Shown here piece after piece: positions 35,987 through 36,921 of a stretch of 36,921 nucleotides of DNA. The notes under the pieces were generated by a model. The model was given only the letters and a program-made list of their open reading frames with translations. It did not search any database and was not told the origin of the DNA. The number at the start of each line of letters is the position of its first letter. The stretch's first letter is position 1. Made by a program: the position numbers and the translations under genes. The stretch lies in NCBI GenBank assembly GCA_046714915.1, contig JBKJZS010000409.1, positions 1 through 36,921 of the forward strand, written 5' to 3'. This DNA comes from Polaromonas sp. (lineage in GTDB: Bacteria > Pseudomonadota > Gammaproteobacteria > Burkholderiales > Burkholderiaceae_C).

Positions 35987-36921
35987 TCAATCCTTTTTGG
36001 CAATGTAGCCGGTAATTTCGAGACCATAACCCGTCATGCTGGGCATGCGGCGCGGATTACCCATCAAATTCATTCTGTGGACGCCGCACTCGCGCAGAAT
36101 CTGGGCACCCACGCCGTAAGTGCGCAGGTCCATACGGCCGCGCTCCGGGGCCTGGCTGGGTCGGGCCGTGCCTTCAAATTGCGCCAGCAACTGCGCCGCG
36201 CTTTCACCGCAATTGAGCAGCACAGCCACGCCTTTGCCCTCGTTGGCTAGGTGCGCCAGGCTTTGGTCCAGACTCCATGAGTGCATGGAGCGGCCGGTCT
36301 CCAGCGCATCAAGCACCGACAGCGGCTCGTGCACCCGCACCGCCACCGTATCGTCGGGCGACCATTGGCCTTTAACGAGCGCCAGATGCAGCCCCTGGCT
36401 GGGTTTGTCCTTGAAGGCGTGGGCGGTGAACTCGCCGAAAGCGGTCTGGATCGTCCGCGCACCGATTTTTTCAATCAGCGACTCATTGCGGCTGCGGTGC
36501 TCGATCAGGTCAGCAATCGTGCCGATCTTCAAGCCATGCTCGGCGGCGAAGACCTGCAGATCCGGCAGCCGCGCCATCATTCCATCGTCCTTCATGATTT
36601 CGCAAATCACAGCCGCTGGCAAGCAGCCGGCCATGCCAGCCAGATCGCAGCCGGCTTCGGTGTGGCCGGCACGCATCAGCACGCCGCCATCCACCGCCTG
36701 CAGTGGGAAAATATGGCCGGGCTGCACCAGATCGCTGACCTTTGCATTTTTGGCCACAGCGGCCTGCACGGTGCGGGCTCGGTCCGCCGCCGAAATGCCG
36801 GTGGTCACGCCTTCTGCGGCCTCAATCGACACCGTGAAGGCGGTGCTGTGCTTGGTGCCGTTGCGCGTCGCCATCGGCGGCAGTTGCAGCATTTCGCAGC
36901 GCTCGCGCGTCAGCGTCAGGC
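35987..36921 (-). CDS. ribB: DHBP synthase fused to a degenerate GTP cyclohydrolase II-like domain (RibBX type), 5'-partial
   Basis: TAFTVSI, TTGISAADRA, PGHIFPL, RAGHTEA, CEIM; C-terminal domain has VRVHEPLS without the zinc cysteines; runs off the right edge. Confidence 0.92.
   Translation of the reverse strand, partial: LTLTRERCEMLQLPPMATRNGTKHSTAFTVSIEAAEGVTTGISAADRARTVQAAVAKNAKVSDLVQPGHIFPLQAVDGGVLMRAGHTEAGCDLAGMAGCLPAAVICEIMKDDGMMARLPDLQVFAAEHGLKIGTIADLIEHRSRNESLIEKIGARTIQTAFGEFTAHAFKDKPSQGLHLALVKGQWSPDDTVAVRVHEPLSVLDALETGRSMHSWSLDQSLAHLANEGKGVAVLLNCGESAAQLLAQFEGTARPSQAPERGRMDLRTYGVGAQILRECGVHRMNLMGNPRRMPSMTGYGLEITGYIAKKD

Overview
GC-rich betaproteobacterial chromosome segment (gene set and repeats look Comamonadaceae/Polaromonas-like; inference). 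Left to right: psd, an IS3 scar, an orphan receiver-only response regulator, a hypothetical gene, an mlaE-mlaD-lipoprotein trio with no ATPase, a membrane-anchored Mrr-like protein, and a crcB fragment fused to an IS30 end. Next come a dctPQM TRAP transporter (DctP6-like, probably pyroglutamate) divergent from a fused 5-oxoprolinase with an AT-richer mandelate-racemase-like gene between them, egtD, and a LysR/renalase/gluQ/trmB/rluA run. These are followed by a pirin-DoxX-flavodoxin-OsmC-pirin redox cluster, a deleted DUF599 gene, egtB, a frameshifted trhO-like gene, dnaE, and the ribBX-ribH-nusB-aminotransferase-ybgC-tolQRA operon. The most striking unexplained structure is a dense set of four unrelated short palindromic/MITE-like repeat families. 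Three sit in frame inside housekeeping proteins (oxoprolinase, GluQ, YbgC twice). One family (6 copies) mostly occupies stop-to-start junctions, where it often carries an open frame bridging the upstream stop to the downstream start. No rRNA, tRNA, CRISPR array or intact mobile element was seen.
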